64,000 nucleotides of DNA from NCBI GenBank assembly GCA_965202585.1, contig OZ241826.1:76384001-76448000 (forward strand), in the 5' to 3' direction. Shown one piece after another: positions 36,201-50,005 of the stretch (the first letter of the stretch is position 1; every line of letters starts with the position of its first letter). Source of the DNA: Thalia democratica (taxonomy: Eukaryota). The notes under the pieces are model-generated. The model saw only the letters and a list, made by a program, of their open reading frames with translations, was not told the DNA's origin and made no database searches. The translations under genes and the position numbers were made by a program.

Positions 36201-39200
36201 ACTTTAAAAAAGTTTAACTGTTTCAAATTTAATAAAAAAAAAATATACAAAGAAACTAATTTTAATAAAGAAGACTTTGATTAATGTCCCAAAATTGTAA
36301 ATTTTACATTCATAAAAATTTTGTTACTTGTAGTAAATTTCCTTTTATGTTTTTATCTTTATTTGGAATAAAATTATTCAGTTTTGCAAGTTTATTGTTC
36401 TATATGTAAAACATTTGTTTGACGTTTGAAAAAAAAAACTTTTACAATGTAATAAAGTTTATTAAAACTAAAAAAAAAAGTTTTTTTTTTTATAAACTAA
36501 TTATACAGTTTAATTATAAATTTTTTGTAGCAGTAATACTAGCAGTTATGAATATTTTAAAAGTGTACAAAATCGATTTGTTAAAAACCTTTATACAAAA
36601 GAAGTATTATTCAATAGTTTTTATAGCTTATAACATGAAAATAAAGTGAAGCAGTTCAAAATGATTACAAATACAAAGCTTTATTAAGACAACTACAAAT
36701 TATACAAAACTTTACTAGATTTAAAATGATGTAACTTTTGTTTTTCAATAAAAAAGCCATACAGCTTAATGTATTTACTAAACAAGATTTTAAAAAATTA
36801 ATTCAGTTTTACAAAATTGTACATGTGAAAAATTAGCTTCATAAAATATTGTGGAAAAAGCAACGGTTTACTAAAACAAAAAATTAACAAATTTATTAAG
36901 CTAAAGTAGGAAAAAACTTTTACCTTTTTTTTTGTATAAATTACTAAAATGTTGTCACAGAGTATTTAAACGATAATTTCGGGTGTCAAAGCTTTTTAAT
37001 TAAGAGTAAAAGTTAAAAAAGCAGCTAGTTATGCTACTTTAAAAAAGTATGTTTAACTAAATAAACCTTAAAAGACATTTAGTACCAAAGTACTGAAAAT
37101 AACATCCAATTTTAGAGTTAAACTATACAAACTGATGTAAAAAATCGGACGTTGAAAATTTAGTTAAAAAATGTTTTTTTATAATTTTAAAAACAAAACT
37201 TTCTTAAAATCCAAACATTAAGCCTTTTACACAAAATACACTATATGTTAGAACTCGTCAAACGTTGCACACCAGAGGGACAAAGATGACGTCACTGGTA
37301 ATCTCAGCAAACGGTAACTTCATGGTAAAACATTATAAACTATTTCTTAATTGAAGACTGTAGGTTTTTCGAATGTGACTGAAAAGTTTTAATAGATATA
37401 TGTAGGAATGTTGTTATAGTTAAACATGTTTTTTGAGTACGTTAAAGCTTTATTTATTTTTAGATTAAAATTAAAAACTAAGAATTAAGTTTTGGCTGCA
37501 AGAAGATATTGGTAAAAGTTAATAACAATGTAAAGCAGAAGTTTTTGTACAAAATAGAGTTTAGAAATACTGAAACTTTTTTTAGCCGATCTTAAAAACT
37601 AAGTATAGTTTGCCAAGTATCTAACACCCTAAGTTCTGAAATGAATTAAGTAGGTTACAGTTATAAGCGTTGCTTATACTCATAGGCACAAAATTGTTGA
37701 AAACTGTACCCTCATATTTTTCATACAATTGAAAAAAAATGTTTCTATGTAATTGAACACAAATTTAATAACCTTGTACGTGAATTTTGGTGACTTTGAA
37801 TTTACCAACAATAGTTTGAATTTTAAACTTTATTTTGTGACTAATTCATTCAAAATTGAGAAAAAATACTTCTAATTCTTTTCTTACTTAGATTTGTTAA
37901 ATTCTTAAGCGATGCTCAAAACGCTTTAAAATTTATTTTTAATAAAATGTTAGATTTAGATTGACACATAAAAAGTTGTATATAGTTTGAAGATAAGTTA
38001 TTGCATCGAAGTTGAAATAAGTAACTAGAAACTTTTTAAAAGCTAAATATTTATTTGGAAGTTGAAATAGAAATCATGCTAAAATAACAGACTATGAAAT
38101 AAATAACAAAGTTATTTTAAAATTAAAAACAAACAACAAAAATATAAACGTTAAACTGCTAATAGTGATTTACTAATTAGAAATCACGAGTCGTCGCCAG
38201 CATAACTGAATGTAAAAATTGAAATAGTTTATTTTTACTGCACCATAATTAGTTTACATTAGTTTGCTTATAAAAATAAAAATTTTGTTTCTAACTATTA
38301 GTGTTCAGTTTTTTAGTTTTCCTATTTGGTCATAACAATCAGCAGAATATAAGTCAGTTTTTTACTAATGTAATTTTAAAGTCTACATTAGCAGTGTTTA
38401 AAATACTTCCTTTGTTTCGGATATTTTTCAAATATTTTTTATTAAAATTTTTCTTTTGTATTTCATGTAATTGATATTTCGTACGAAAGTTATTGTAAAA
38501 CTAACGTCAGTTTTTACTTCATTAAATTACAGCTTGAGATGAATAATTAAACTCTATCTTACTTATGAAGCTAGTTTGCTTGAAAGTCTTACTCGTGAAA
38601 AAATGTTGTCTTACTTTAAAGCATACAGTGTACGTCTAAACTAGGCTATAAATTTGTATGTACTCAAATTATGTCTAAAATTTTAGCATTTAAATATAGT
38701 TTAGCAATTAAATTTTTTGATCCTTATTAATTTTTCAAACTTTCTACCAAAAGTTTTGTGTAAGTCTCAAGTTTAATTCAAATGCTGGTTGAAATCAAAG
38801 GTAGACGTAACAGTGTGTAAATTTACTTAAACTAACATTCGAAATCGTTGTGAAATAATTTAAAATACGAAAGTAGTTTCTACCGCTGTAGTTTAAATAG
38901 TAAATAAAAAACTGTCATGTCACAGCTCTTAGAAAAAATAAATATATCTAAAATGCTAACAGGTTTTACTTTTCAAATTTTTTAATTTGTGTAAACATAA
39001 TAAACAATTAATATAATTAAAATAAACAATAAATAACATTCATCTTGGTTAAACATAGAAATACATATTTTAATAATCACAGTATAAGTTTAACCTTACG
39101 AAGCAACTTTACAAACAATATAACTAGTTTGTTGTTGCGGTTGTTTTTTAATATAATTAATAAGATGATTTATTTAAATTTAAAAACAAAAAAAAAAAAG

Positions 39201-40531
39201 ACAAAGAATGTTTTTCAAAGTATCCTAAATTGAATATTAAAAGTTATACATTACTTTTTTTTTTAATTTAAAACAGAAGGTTTTAAAATAAATCATACAA
39301 AAAGTACTACACTAAGCATTTAGTTTTAAAGACTTATTGTCACAAAAAAGCATTAAAAAGCTAGAAGTTTCAATTTGACTTTTTAAAATTTACGTAGAAA
39401 AAAAATTTGAATGTTGTTTGTGAAATGATTTTAAGTAGGGCTTAAATGTTATAATTTTTCAGTTAAAAGTTCAAAGTTTAACTTCAGTTAAGTATCAACT
39501 CCATGTGTTTTTTTTCAAGCTGAATTAAACATTGCTATTTTGTTTTAATAAAAAACATAAAGATAATAGACTACTTTTAGTTTTTTAATAGTGCTGTTGT
39601 TAAAAGTAGTAGTTACCTAAAAATACCTTACCTTATTAAATTAACTTCTTCTTAATATATAAAGTAATAAATCTAAATTGTGCTAAAAACTTTAATGCAA
39701 TCAACTTATGCATAAAATCTAAAAATTTAATTTTAGTAAAGCTGTTAAAGTTTCTGAATATTTTTAAGTTGTTTAAACGTTCCTACCAAAAGTTTTGTGT
39801 TAGTTTCAAGTTTAATTAAAGTGTTTGTTGAAATTTACTGAAACTTTAATTTATGAAGCTGCGTATTTTATTCAACTAAGTTGTTTTTATACAAATTTTT
39901 AACAGAAAATTGAATTTATTCGTTTACTATAATAGTTAAAAAGTTAGATTAAAAGTTCTACTCTATAATCGAAATGTCTAAAAACGTTGAAGAAAAGCTT
40001 CCTACTACAAAATTACATAGTTAGTTTTTTACTATTTATCTTTATATATGCTGTATTCACTATATAGCTTTGTAAGTTTCATAAAAACTGTTTTTAGTAC
40101 CTTACTATGTACTCAAGTTTAATTCAAGTCCAGTTAAAATTTAAAGGCGTTAAAACAAATAATGTAACTCTTAAGAAAATGTTGAAGGAAATTTTAAGTA
40201 CAAAAATAATAGTTTACATAATTATAAAGTTGTTTTACAACAGAGTCTGCAAAACCAGCACTTTACGTAATATTTTTGCTATAATTGTTAATGTTCTTAA
40301 AAAAACATACGAAAAATATGCCATAAATTTTAGCTATTTAATTTTTTTTTATACAATTCTTTTCTGTTTATGCAAAAGAACTCACGAACAATTATGTCAT
40401 GAACTTCAACTATCTTAATTTTTATAAACATTTATTTTCTTTAAATACAAATAAACTCACGAAAAATACGCCATAATATAAGCAATATTACTTTTTTGAA
40501 AAACCGATTCTTTTCCACACATACACAATTC

Positions 40532-43500
40532 ATGCGAAAATTTACAAAAGGCAAGAGGAAGTCGTTCATGCCTTCCACCTTGACGCCCGAAGAGTTCTTT
40601 GAAAGGCGTAACCGCAAGCGGAAAAAGAAAAGTCGCAATAACGTTGAGTTTAAGCGGCGCAAGACGTTGACAGGTGACAAAGTTCATGTTGAAGAGGGCG
40701 GGTCGAAATTTAGTGGGTCATCGCTGGACGTGAAGCGGATTTTACAAAGTAATGAAGAAGATGACGTTTTTTCGTTTAAACTGCGAGATTCTTGGGACGA
40801 GAAAAGTTTGTTTTTGTTTAACAAGTTTTATTTATTGTAAGTAAAATATTAAAAAAATACATGAAAACGTTAAACTACTTAAGTTTTGTATGCTTTTATA
40901 TGAGTGCACAAAAATAACTTTGAAAAAAAAAGGTTCAAAACTTTGTTTTTTGCTTGTTAACTAAAAATGTTTATTAAAAACGTTTAAACGTAGATAAGCT
41001 TATACATATCAATTGTAATTTAATTTGTACTCTAATGAACTTAAAATAAAACTATTGCGAGTTAATGCTAAAAACTAATTTAATTTTATATAACAGTTGT
41101 GCTACCAAAATCAGTAAAAGAAGGGAAGAGCAGCGTAAAAGGTGAGAACTAAAATTATTAAATACTAGCTTTATACAAACCAACAAAAGTGTTAATAAAA
41201 TAACTGTAATTTCGAATTCAATTAGAAGGAAGCTACTTTGCTTTGGTAAAACTCAAACAAGTCTTTAAACATTTTTTATACTAAAAACTTTTTGCTGTGT
41301 TATTGTTTTTCAGAAAAAAAAAGTTAAGTTTTAAATATATAAGTCACCTATGTTTAAGCCGTTAATTTTTCAAAACATTTTTTTTTGATTTTCCTTTTAC
41401 TATATAAGTATTACTTTTTAAGTATAGTAACCTAAATAAAAGCACAACAAAACTAGCGTTTATAAATACACAACTAATTTTATTTTAATTACCTTTAATA
41501 AATCAAAATTTTAGTTTGTATTTTCTGTAATAACTTAAAGAAATGGTAGTATAACATTTTTTTTTCTCACATACTGAACTTTAAAACAAGATAAACTATT
41601 AAGCTTAGATATTCTAGAAATGATACTGAGTATTTTTTATTAAACAAACCTTTTAAAATTACAGCTTTATCACAACTGCATGCTCAACTTGTAACATTTA
41701 ATGTTGTTTTATATTTTAACTTAAAAGTTTTTGTTGAAAACATAAATTGAAAGCATAAAAAACCCTATATACTTTTTAGAAATACTTTTAAATAACTAAA
41801 GAATGTAAAGCAGTCCTAAGTTAAAAAACAAAACACTTATTTAGGTTTTTTATTATTGTATAATTAGCATTTGCAGTTAAACTATATTCTTGTAACAACA
41901 AGAAAGTGTAGTAGTAAAAAGTAGTTACACTGTAAATTAGTCCTTTTTATTACATGCTAAATACAAGTCCAATTTTGCAAGCTAATTTCTGTAGTATAAT
42001 TTAAGGGTATTGTTGTTCGTATCGTATACTTATAATTACTGATTTTTTTACCTTATAATAAGATAATTATATGAAAAACTGGAACAATTGGTAGTACAAA
42101 AAATATATTTAGCTTTCTGTTATTCTGTATCTTATTACTCATTCCATATTTATCATTAATTTTTCAATTGTACTTTTTATAACCGTTACATTAAAAAAAG
42201 TAAATGACTTTAACCTAAATTAATACCTTTTAAGCTTCTGGTCGTCACGTAATATTTCTTAAAATTAATGCAGCTTAAAATAATGTTTTAAGTATTATGC
42301 TCAGTTGAATAATCAATTACTAGAAAGTAAACTAGTATACAAATTTATACCCCATTTAAAGCTTATAGCGGGTAATCAGAAAAAAAGTTTTATGGTAGCT
42401 GTGAAGTCCAAACAAGTAGTTTATAATTTTTTGTACTAAACATGTACTGTAGTTTAAAAACACTGTTTGTTTATTAAACTATATTTAATTAACATAAGCT
42501 TTTGTTATTTAGCTTAAACAAAAGCATACAACGAGCAAAGTCTAAAGATTGTAAGTTTAGATTTTATAGACAAAATCAATTTTATGTCAAATTGGAATGA
42601 CGTAAATAAATATTTAAATTGTTTACGTTTGTTTGAAAGCTTTTCAGTGCCTAAACTATTTTCTTCAAAAGAATTTCAACTTGTTTATAGTTGTTGTCTG
42701 TTTTGTATTTTACTTGTGTTTGCTTCTAATGTAAATTTCACATAGATAAAGCTTAAGTCGACTACATGTTTAATAAATTAAATTGTGCGTAAGTTAGAGC
42801 AAATTAGCAGTAAAAACAAACGTTTTACAGACAAAACAAGTTCTGAGCAAAAATATACGAAACGGCTAAACTTCACACCGCAATCTTCGACAAGTACTTT
42901 TACAACAGTAAAACCCGTATGTTCAAAACAGCATGTAAAACAAAAAGAAATCAACTTAAAATGGCCGTTGTTAGAACAGGACAGTTTGCAACCACGTCCA
43001 ACGAAAAAAACTCGCTTTAATACAAACAATTTCTTGAACAAGAAAACAGACAGTTCAAGCAGCATAATTGTTGAACAAGCTCAGAAAATACCCGTATCTG
43101 ATAATAAAGAACAGAAAACTGAAGTGCAGTTCACTGAACAACAGGAAAAAGATTTAGATGACCAAATAATACAAAATCAAGATTTTGAGGAATTTATGAA
43201 TGAATATTTCGGTTATCAAAGTAATCAAATACCAATTACAGAACTACAACAACCAAAAATTCAGCAAAAGCAACCAATTAAACAACTACAACAGCCAAAT
43301 AGTCAGCAGTCACAACCAGCTACTCAATTAAAACAGCCAAACAATCAACTACAACCGATCGTTGAACAACGAAAGCCAAAAGCTAAAGTGAAGCAGCAAA
43401 ATAACCAACAGCAACCAAATTTTCTAATAAAAAGTTCACTAAATTGTCAAACAAATCAACCACAGCCAAGACAAACATTTTTTAAAGGTGATTTTTGTTT

Positions 43501-46500
43501 AAATAAAAACTAAAGTTTTTTTTTTTGTTTAATGTTAAACTTAAGTTTTAGTTTAAAATTTAAATACACTTTAACCATTATGAGGTAAATTAAAAAAAAA
43601 AAAAAAAAACACTGAACTCACAGTTATATATCAAATCCAATTATAATTTATCAACTAAAATTTTGGCGTACAAACACTTTTCATATAAAACAAGTCCTAA
43701 ACCGAATAATCTTTTAACATTAAGCTGTAACTATTTTTTATCTTATTTTATAAAATTTTAAATGTTTTTAACATTAATCAGTTACTCTAATTACAGAAAA
43801 ACCTGCATATTCAAAGCAATTTGTAAGAAGAGAAGAAATCAACTTAAAAAGACCTTTGTTAGAAAACGACAACTTGCAAAAACTTCCAATTAAAAAAACT
43901 CGCCTTGATACAACGAATGCCTTGAACAAAAAATCAGACAGCTCAGGAAACATAAATAACAAACAAGTTCAGAAAAAACCCGTACCTGAATGTAAAGAAG
44001 TGGAAGAAAAAAATGATGTGCAGCTCAATGAGCAGCTGGAAAAAGAGTTAGATGATATAATTAAACAAGATCCAGATCTCATGGAAATTATGAATGATTA
44101 TTTTGGTCATCAAAGTGTTAAACGAACAAACACTCGACAACAGCAAAATATTCAACTACAGCCAACAGCTCAACTGAAGAAGCAGCATACTCAAGTGAAA
44201 AATTCGGAATTGAAACTGCAAAATTTTAGTAATGAATTGAAACAACCAAACATTGAACTACAGCCGAACATTGAACAACGAAAGACAAAAGGCGAAATAA
44301 AGCAGCAATCAAATCATCAAATACAGCAAGCGGATAATCAACAGCATCTTCAAAGTCAACTGAATTGTAATAAGCCTCAACAACAAGAAGACCAAACAAT
44401 CCGACAACAGACTAGACAAACAGCTGTTGAAGGTTTTTGTTTGTTTAAAAAAATTAAGAGTTTTTTGAAGTTTAATGTTAAACTTATACTTAATTTTCCA
44501 ATCTAATTTAAGTTTAAGCATTATAAGGCAAATATGCATATGTTTTTTATCTTTATCTAATCATTAACAAAAAAAAGCACTGAACTTTAAATTTTATGTC
44601 ACAGAAATGTACATGTTATTTATAGACTGTTGTTCTAAGCGTACAAACATTTTGACATAAAACTAGTCCTAAACTGAACTAACTTTAAACAATAAACTGT
44701 AAAGTATCTCTATCTCATTTTATAAAGCATACAAACACTTTAAATAAATACTAATAATAACTTTAATATTAATTTCAGAAAAAGGTACATGTTCAAAGCA
44801 ACTTATAAAACAAGAAGGTGTCAACTTAAAAAGACCTTTGTTAGAAAAGGACAACTTGGAAAAGCGTCCAAATAAAAAAATTCGCCTTGATACAGAAAAT
44901 GTCTTGGAAAACGAAGAAAACAGTGCAAGCAACATAAATGTTAAACCTATCGAGAAAGAAACTGTAGGNNNNNNNNNNNNNNNNNNNNNNNNNNNNNNNN
45001 NNNNNNNNNNNNNNNNNNNNNNNNNNNNNNNNNNNNNNNNNNNNNNNNNNNNNNNNNNNNNNNNNNNNCAGAAATATCCAAATATTAAGCAACAACAACC
45101 AGTTACTCAACTACAACAGCCAAATATTCAGCAAAATCAACCAAGTACTCAACTGAAATATCCAAATATTCAGCAACAACAACCAGTTACTCAACTACAA
45201 CAGCCAAATATCCAGCAAAATCAACCAAGTACTCAACAGAAATATCCAAATATTAAGCAACAACAACCAGTTACTCAACTACAACAGCCAAATATCCAGC
45301 AAAATCAACCAAGTACTCAACTGAAATATCCAAATATTCAGCAACAACAACCAGTTACTCAACTACAACAGCAAAACATCCAGCAAAATCAACCAGTTAC
45401 TCAACTACAACAGCAAAATTTTCAGCAAAATCAACCAAATACTCAAATACAACAGCAAAATTTTCAGCAAAATCAACCAAGTACTCAACTGAAATATCCA
45501 AATATTCAGCAACAACAACCAGTTACTCAACTACAACAGCAAAACATCCAGCAAAATCAACCAGTTACTCAACTACAACAGCAAAATTTTCAGCAAAATC
45601 AACCAAATACTCAAATACAACAGCAAAATTTTAAGCAAAATCAACCAAGTACTCAACTGAAATATCCAAATATTCAGCAACAACAACCAGTTACTCAACT
45701 ACAACAGCAAAACATCCAGCAAAATCAACCAGTTACTCAACTGAAGCAGCCAAACTTTAACCAACAACAACCAAGTACTCAACTAAAACAAACAAATGTT
45801 CAACTGCAGCCGAGTGTTCAACAACAAAAGCAAAGAACCCAAGTAAAACCGCTGAACAGTCAAGTACAGCAACCGAACAAGCAAGCAAGTATTCAACATA
45901 AATCTAATGTTTCACTTCAGAATCCACTATATGTTCAACAACAAACAAGCAGTAAGGAAAAAGAACAATTAAACCAACAGACAGGACAAACAGTTGTTAA
46001 AGGTATTTATTTAACTAAAAAGTACAGTAACTTCTATCTTTTAGTATAAAACTTAAGTTTACTAAATTTTAGTAACACATTTTAAATATCATAAGTCAAT
46101 TTATATGTATATATCATTTTGCAATCAAAAATAAACTCAAATACTTAACTAACATGAAATTCTAAATAACAGGTACAAATAAACATATACTCATCTATAA
46201 ACTATTGAGACCTAAGCACATACATACTAATAATATGAACCTAGTATTAAAATGAACTAACTAACTTAAAAAATTCGTTGACATATCTATATAAATATTG
46301 TTCTAAGCAAATAGATGTTTTTAATAATTAACTTTATATTTGTATATTTTGGTATAAACGAACTTTGATATCCTTTTGTTAACAAACATTATTTTGTTGT
46401 GAGCATAAACTTTTTTTAAGACACATACAAATCTTTTCTACAGAATACTTAAGAAAAGTTTCAAAAGTATTAGATAGCGTTTTATATGTTCGACGATCTG

Positions 46501-48123
46501 ACAAGAAAGACTTTGAAGAACTCAAGTTTTCACTAGACCGGACGTACTACAGCATCGAAATTTTAATTAAGGAGCTTGCAGAGTACAAAAACAAATACAG
46601 AGACTTGTTGTTACAAGTGGAAAAAAGTGAGATTCGTTATTTTTGTGATTCATTTCATTCTTTTCGTTTCATAGTTTTCTAAAGAAATTTGAAGCTATTT
46701 ATATTTGATAAACTTATGATTCTGAAAAAAAAAAATTTGGAAGTGAAGTTAATCACTTTTTTATTAAACATTACTATCAAGTATAAATAAATGTTTTAGA
46801 AAATACAGCAAGCAACGCAAAGAGTTCACGTTTTCCTTCAAACAATTCTGTTCGTGTAAACGATGCTCCATCAACAAGCAAGATCAATGTGCACTCTAGG
46901 GCGACCCAAACCACTGTAGCTCAAATCAGAAGCTCGGAGCCAGTTCAGAAAGTAAAAAAGGCGCAACCTCAAAGCATAAGACAACTCTTGCAAAATTCAC
47001 ACCCCAAACAAACTCCCATGTCTGGTAAACACAACCACCTGATTGGTGCAGGAGCGCCGAAAGCCGGATACAGGACGGCCCCGGTTGACAAAGACCTCGG
47101 GTACGCCGCAACCAAATTCCAAAGCAGCACGCCGAGCATACTTGCGGTCCCAGATCCAATATCTTTACCAAATGGGCAAAGTGCTGAAACAAACCTGACC
47201 ACTGGTGCCAACAACCAACAGTTGAACAGTGCCACCAACAACTTACCAACAACTAGCCAAAACAAGCCTGCGGCAAAAATCCCGACTCCGGCACTTGACC
47301 AGGATATTTGTGATGAAATAGACAAAATCATAAACGTGCCTGGTTATGTTCCGACGCTCAACGGTGGAGTTACGATAATTGGTGGAAGTACCAACGGCAA
47401 CGTTGGTCAACTGATAAATGTGAACAGCAGTTTGCCAGGAAGTAGCGATGCAAGTTAGTTTGGTAACGTTGCAAGTTTAACAATATTTTTCTAAACGGAA
47501 CTTTTAGTCGTATTTTTGCTACTTTATTAAAAATAAAACGTTTATTTTACATGCTTACAGTACTTTACTTTTAAATAATTTAACTGTACGTTTTACAATT
47601 TGAATAATAATAAAGTATAAATCCGTTTTTTTTGCCTTAAAAAGATTTTTTTTTAATATAACGACAACCAAACTAAACAATTAACACCGACTGCGGGTTT
47701 CACCAAACAGCAGTGCCTTCACAACAGAACCAGATCGGCGCGGAAACCACTGAGAAGAAGAGAGTGCGAAGGACAAAAGAGGACATCAATATAGCCAGGG
47801 ACGCCGAAATAGCGAGAATCAAGCCTGAAAAGTTTGTCGAAGTCGACGGCATGGACCTGTACTTTTTCACCAGGCAGGAAGCGGTCGAAAGCAAAATCCC
47901 CTTCCCGGCCTATAGGACCTCGTTCACGGCGAAGACCATGGCCATCAAGTTCAAGTCCGACGTGTGGGACAAGCCGGTGGTGACGGCGCTGACGAAGGAG
48001 CAAGTGAGAAGCTGGAAAAGGTTCAAGGCTTTCGTGGCGGAGATCGGCGGCGTCCGTTACTGGTTCGACAACCCGGCCGTTCGCATGCATGAGTGCGCTT
48101 CGGATTTCATCAACTTGGAATAA
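40532..48123 (+). CDS. Uncharacterised, probably nuclear, Gln-rich modular protein of about 1346 aa (7 exons, all introns phase 1)
   Basis: Exons 40532-40805, 42831-43487, 43797-44432, 44779-46002 (contains the 100-N gap), 46444-46626, 46800-47453, 47711-48123; total 4041 nt. Basic N-terminus (RRNRKRKKKSR), three paralogous NLS/Gln-rich exons, a helical/coiled exon (EYLRKVSKVLD..KELAEYKNKYRDLLLQ), a low-complexity exon and a GC3-rich terminal exon. The start ATG is tentative. Confidence 0.75.
44969..45068. other. Assembly gap (exactly 100 N; true size unknown)
   Basis: Run of 100 N abutting the Gln-rich tandem array. Confidence 0.99.
45069..45800 (+). repeat. Coding minisatellite, 36-bp (12-aa) unit, about 20 copies: QQQQPVTQLQQPNI / QQNQPSTQLKYPNI variants
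   Basis: Recurrent CAACCAGTTACTCAACTACAACAGC and CAACCAAGTACTCAACTGAAATATCCAAATATT. The array begins at an assembly gap. Confidence 0.9.
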
Positions 48124-49025
48124 AGTTTGAAGCTTGCTTTTTCTGGCCAATGTGTACTACTTTGCATGTTTTCTTGTGTTGTGCTGTTGTAAAAAATTGT
48201 TTAAACTACGGTTTAAACAGTAAAATGTTTACATTAGCGATGCATTTGTAAAGCTTTTGAATTATGAGAGCAAATAAAATATTTAGGCTTAAAAAGTATG
48301 TATATAATAATTCGTAATTATGCGTTTAAGCTAAAATTAAGTAGTATTAGATACTAAAACTATAAGATTAAAAGATACTTGACTAAAAGCTTGGACTACA
48401 ACCAAACATATTATTTGAAAAATAAAACTGTATAAAATATTTTTTCTAATTGTAAACAATTTTTGTTAAAAAATACCAATTTTTTTTTTTAAATTTAAGA
48501 TTATAGGTAAAAGATAAACATTCACATTTAAACTATCTTTAGTTTTTTTAAAGTTTATTTGTAACTGAATTAAAAATTTAAGATTTTACCAAAGCATTAC
48601 TTAAAAGATTAATTATATTTAATCTTATTATTTTTGTTGGAAAAAAAAGATTTTTACTTAACTTAGATACACAAACAAAAGTAAAACATAGTAAAAGACT
48701 ATACGACGCTGCGATAGCAAAGTAGAAATTAATATTATTTTCCAAATTTTGAACTTGAACTGTCAAAATTTAAATAGTAGCACACCAATACTGAAAGCAT
48801 GTTCTAAATGAGTATAATCATATACGCTTTTTTTATCTATTGCTGTTTACTGCTTAGTTGTTGCTTTATAAATTATATCATCTGTTATGAAAATATTCTA
48901 ACTTTAAAGTACATATGAGCCAAGTGAAAAACCTACAAATCTTTTAAACTTAGTTGAACAAAATGATAATTTAAAAAAAATTAGTGGTTGTAAAAGTTTT
49001 TAAGACAGTGGAGATCACCCTCGAC

Positions 49026-49782
49026 CAGTGGTCTTCACGGTGTGCACTATTACACAATAGTGTGCAGTGTGCATAGATGTTGTTTTACTGTTTACCAGGG
49101 ACGTAGCTAGCTCAAAAAAGTTACGAATCTGCAAAAATTAAAACATCTGAAATAACACGTCCTAGCGGGAGCACAGCATTTTAAACTACCTCTAATGTTA
49201 TTGAATTTAATTTAAAAATATGCAGTTATGTTAATACATCAAAAATTGAATGTTGAAGTACGAGTGATAACTGTATACAAGGCAATTTATTTTGCTCCAC
49301 ACCCCCTATGACTCTTTATGTCATGCCACTTTTGATTTTTACGACACTAAAAATGCTAAAGAGTACATATATGTCAAAGTTATCTCTCAGGAGTGCATAA
49401 CTAAGTAAAATGAATAGCTAAACAGCATGAGTCTTTTCTAGCTGAAATAAAAGCAACTTTTTTTCGCACATAAATATACGTTTCTGTAGATTTGCAGAAA
49501 CGTACCAAGCTACGGTCCCTGCTGTGTACACAAAATTCTATATCATGATTTTCTTCTTCAATTTATGTTTGTTTTATGTACTAGGGTTTCCAAAACCCAT
49601 TTATATAACTGCCTGTTTCGCAAATAGATTGTTATACAAATTAGCACATCACAACACCACAATTAATAAACACTCTTAAAGACAAACACTCAAAGATTAA
49701 TTTATACATCAATATTTTATTGTGCCCAGAGTTTTTTGCAATATTTAGTGTGCACAGTTTTAAAAAAGATTCAAGACCATTG
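49026..49782. mobile_element. hAT-like MITE (outer), interrupted by a second hAT-like MITE
   Basis: TIRs CAGTGGTCTTCA and (rc) CAATGGTCTTGA. Flanks CCCTCGAC and CCCTAGAT (6/8). Subterminal GTGTGCA motifs at both ends. Confidence 0.6.
49096..49521. mobile_element. hAT-like MITE (inner, nested)
   Basis: TIRs CAGGGACGTAGCT and (rc) CAGGGACCGTAGCT. TSD CTGTTTAC (49088-49095) / CTGTGTAC (49522-49529), a 7/8 match. Confidence 0.75.
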
Positions 49783-50005
49783 CCCTAGATGGTTAAATAA
49801 ATAATTTCATTTTGCAAAACTACTCTTCTTTTGATTTAAAAATGTTTTATTAGAGATAAACTAACTCGTCAAAAATTATGAAAAACTGAATTATTTATTA
49901 ATATTACTAAGATTGTAAAATAGAAAAACTAAATAAAATTTGTTTTCAATAATTATCCATTTCTTTGCAAAGTAAAGTTGTTTCCATGCAAACAACTGTG
50001 CACAG

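Noticed and set aside
37260-37325. Possible first exon of the zinc-finger gene (ATGAAGTTACCG.. on minus) and a CRE palindrome TGACGTCA
   Set aside because: The only plausible donor is phase 0 whereas phase 1 is needed; a single 8-mer is not sufficient evidence.
38720-40130. Short diverged repeats (CTACCAAAAGTTTTGTG..TCAAGTTTAATT at about 38722, 39781 and 40113)
   Set aside because: Real but short and AT-rich, with no termini or TSD; not assignable to an element or regulatory role.
29053-40418. Many 60-100 aa K/F/I/L/N-rich ORFs (29053, 31399, 32328, 34227, 35700, 36419, 39045, 40107)
   Set aside because: Composition expected from random reading of very AT-rich DNA, with non-ATG starts in many cases, no motifs and no exon boundaries.
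46926-48150. Minus-strand ORFs of 108, 120, 64 and 143 aa
   Set aside because: Antisense shadows of exons 6-7 of the Gln-rich gene; the plus frame has the consistent splice phases and GC3 bias.
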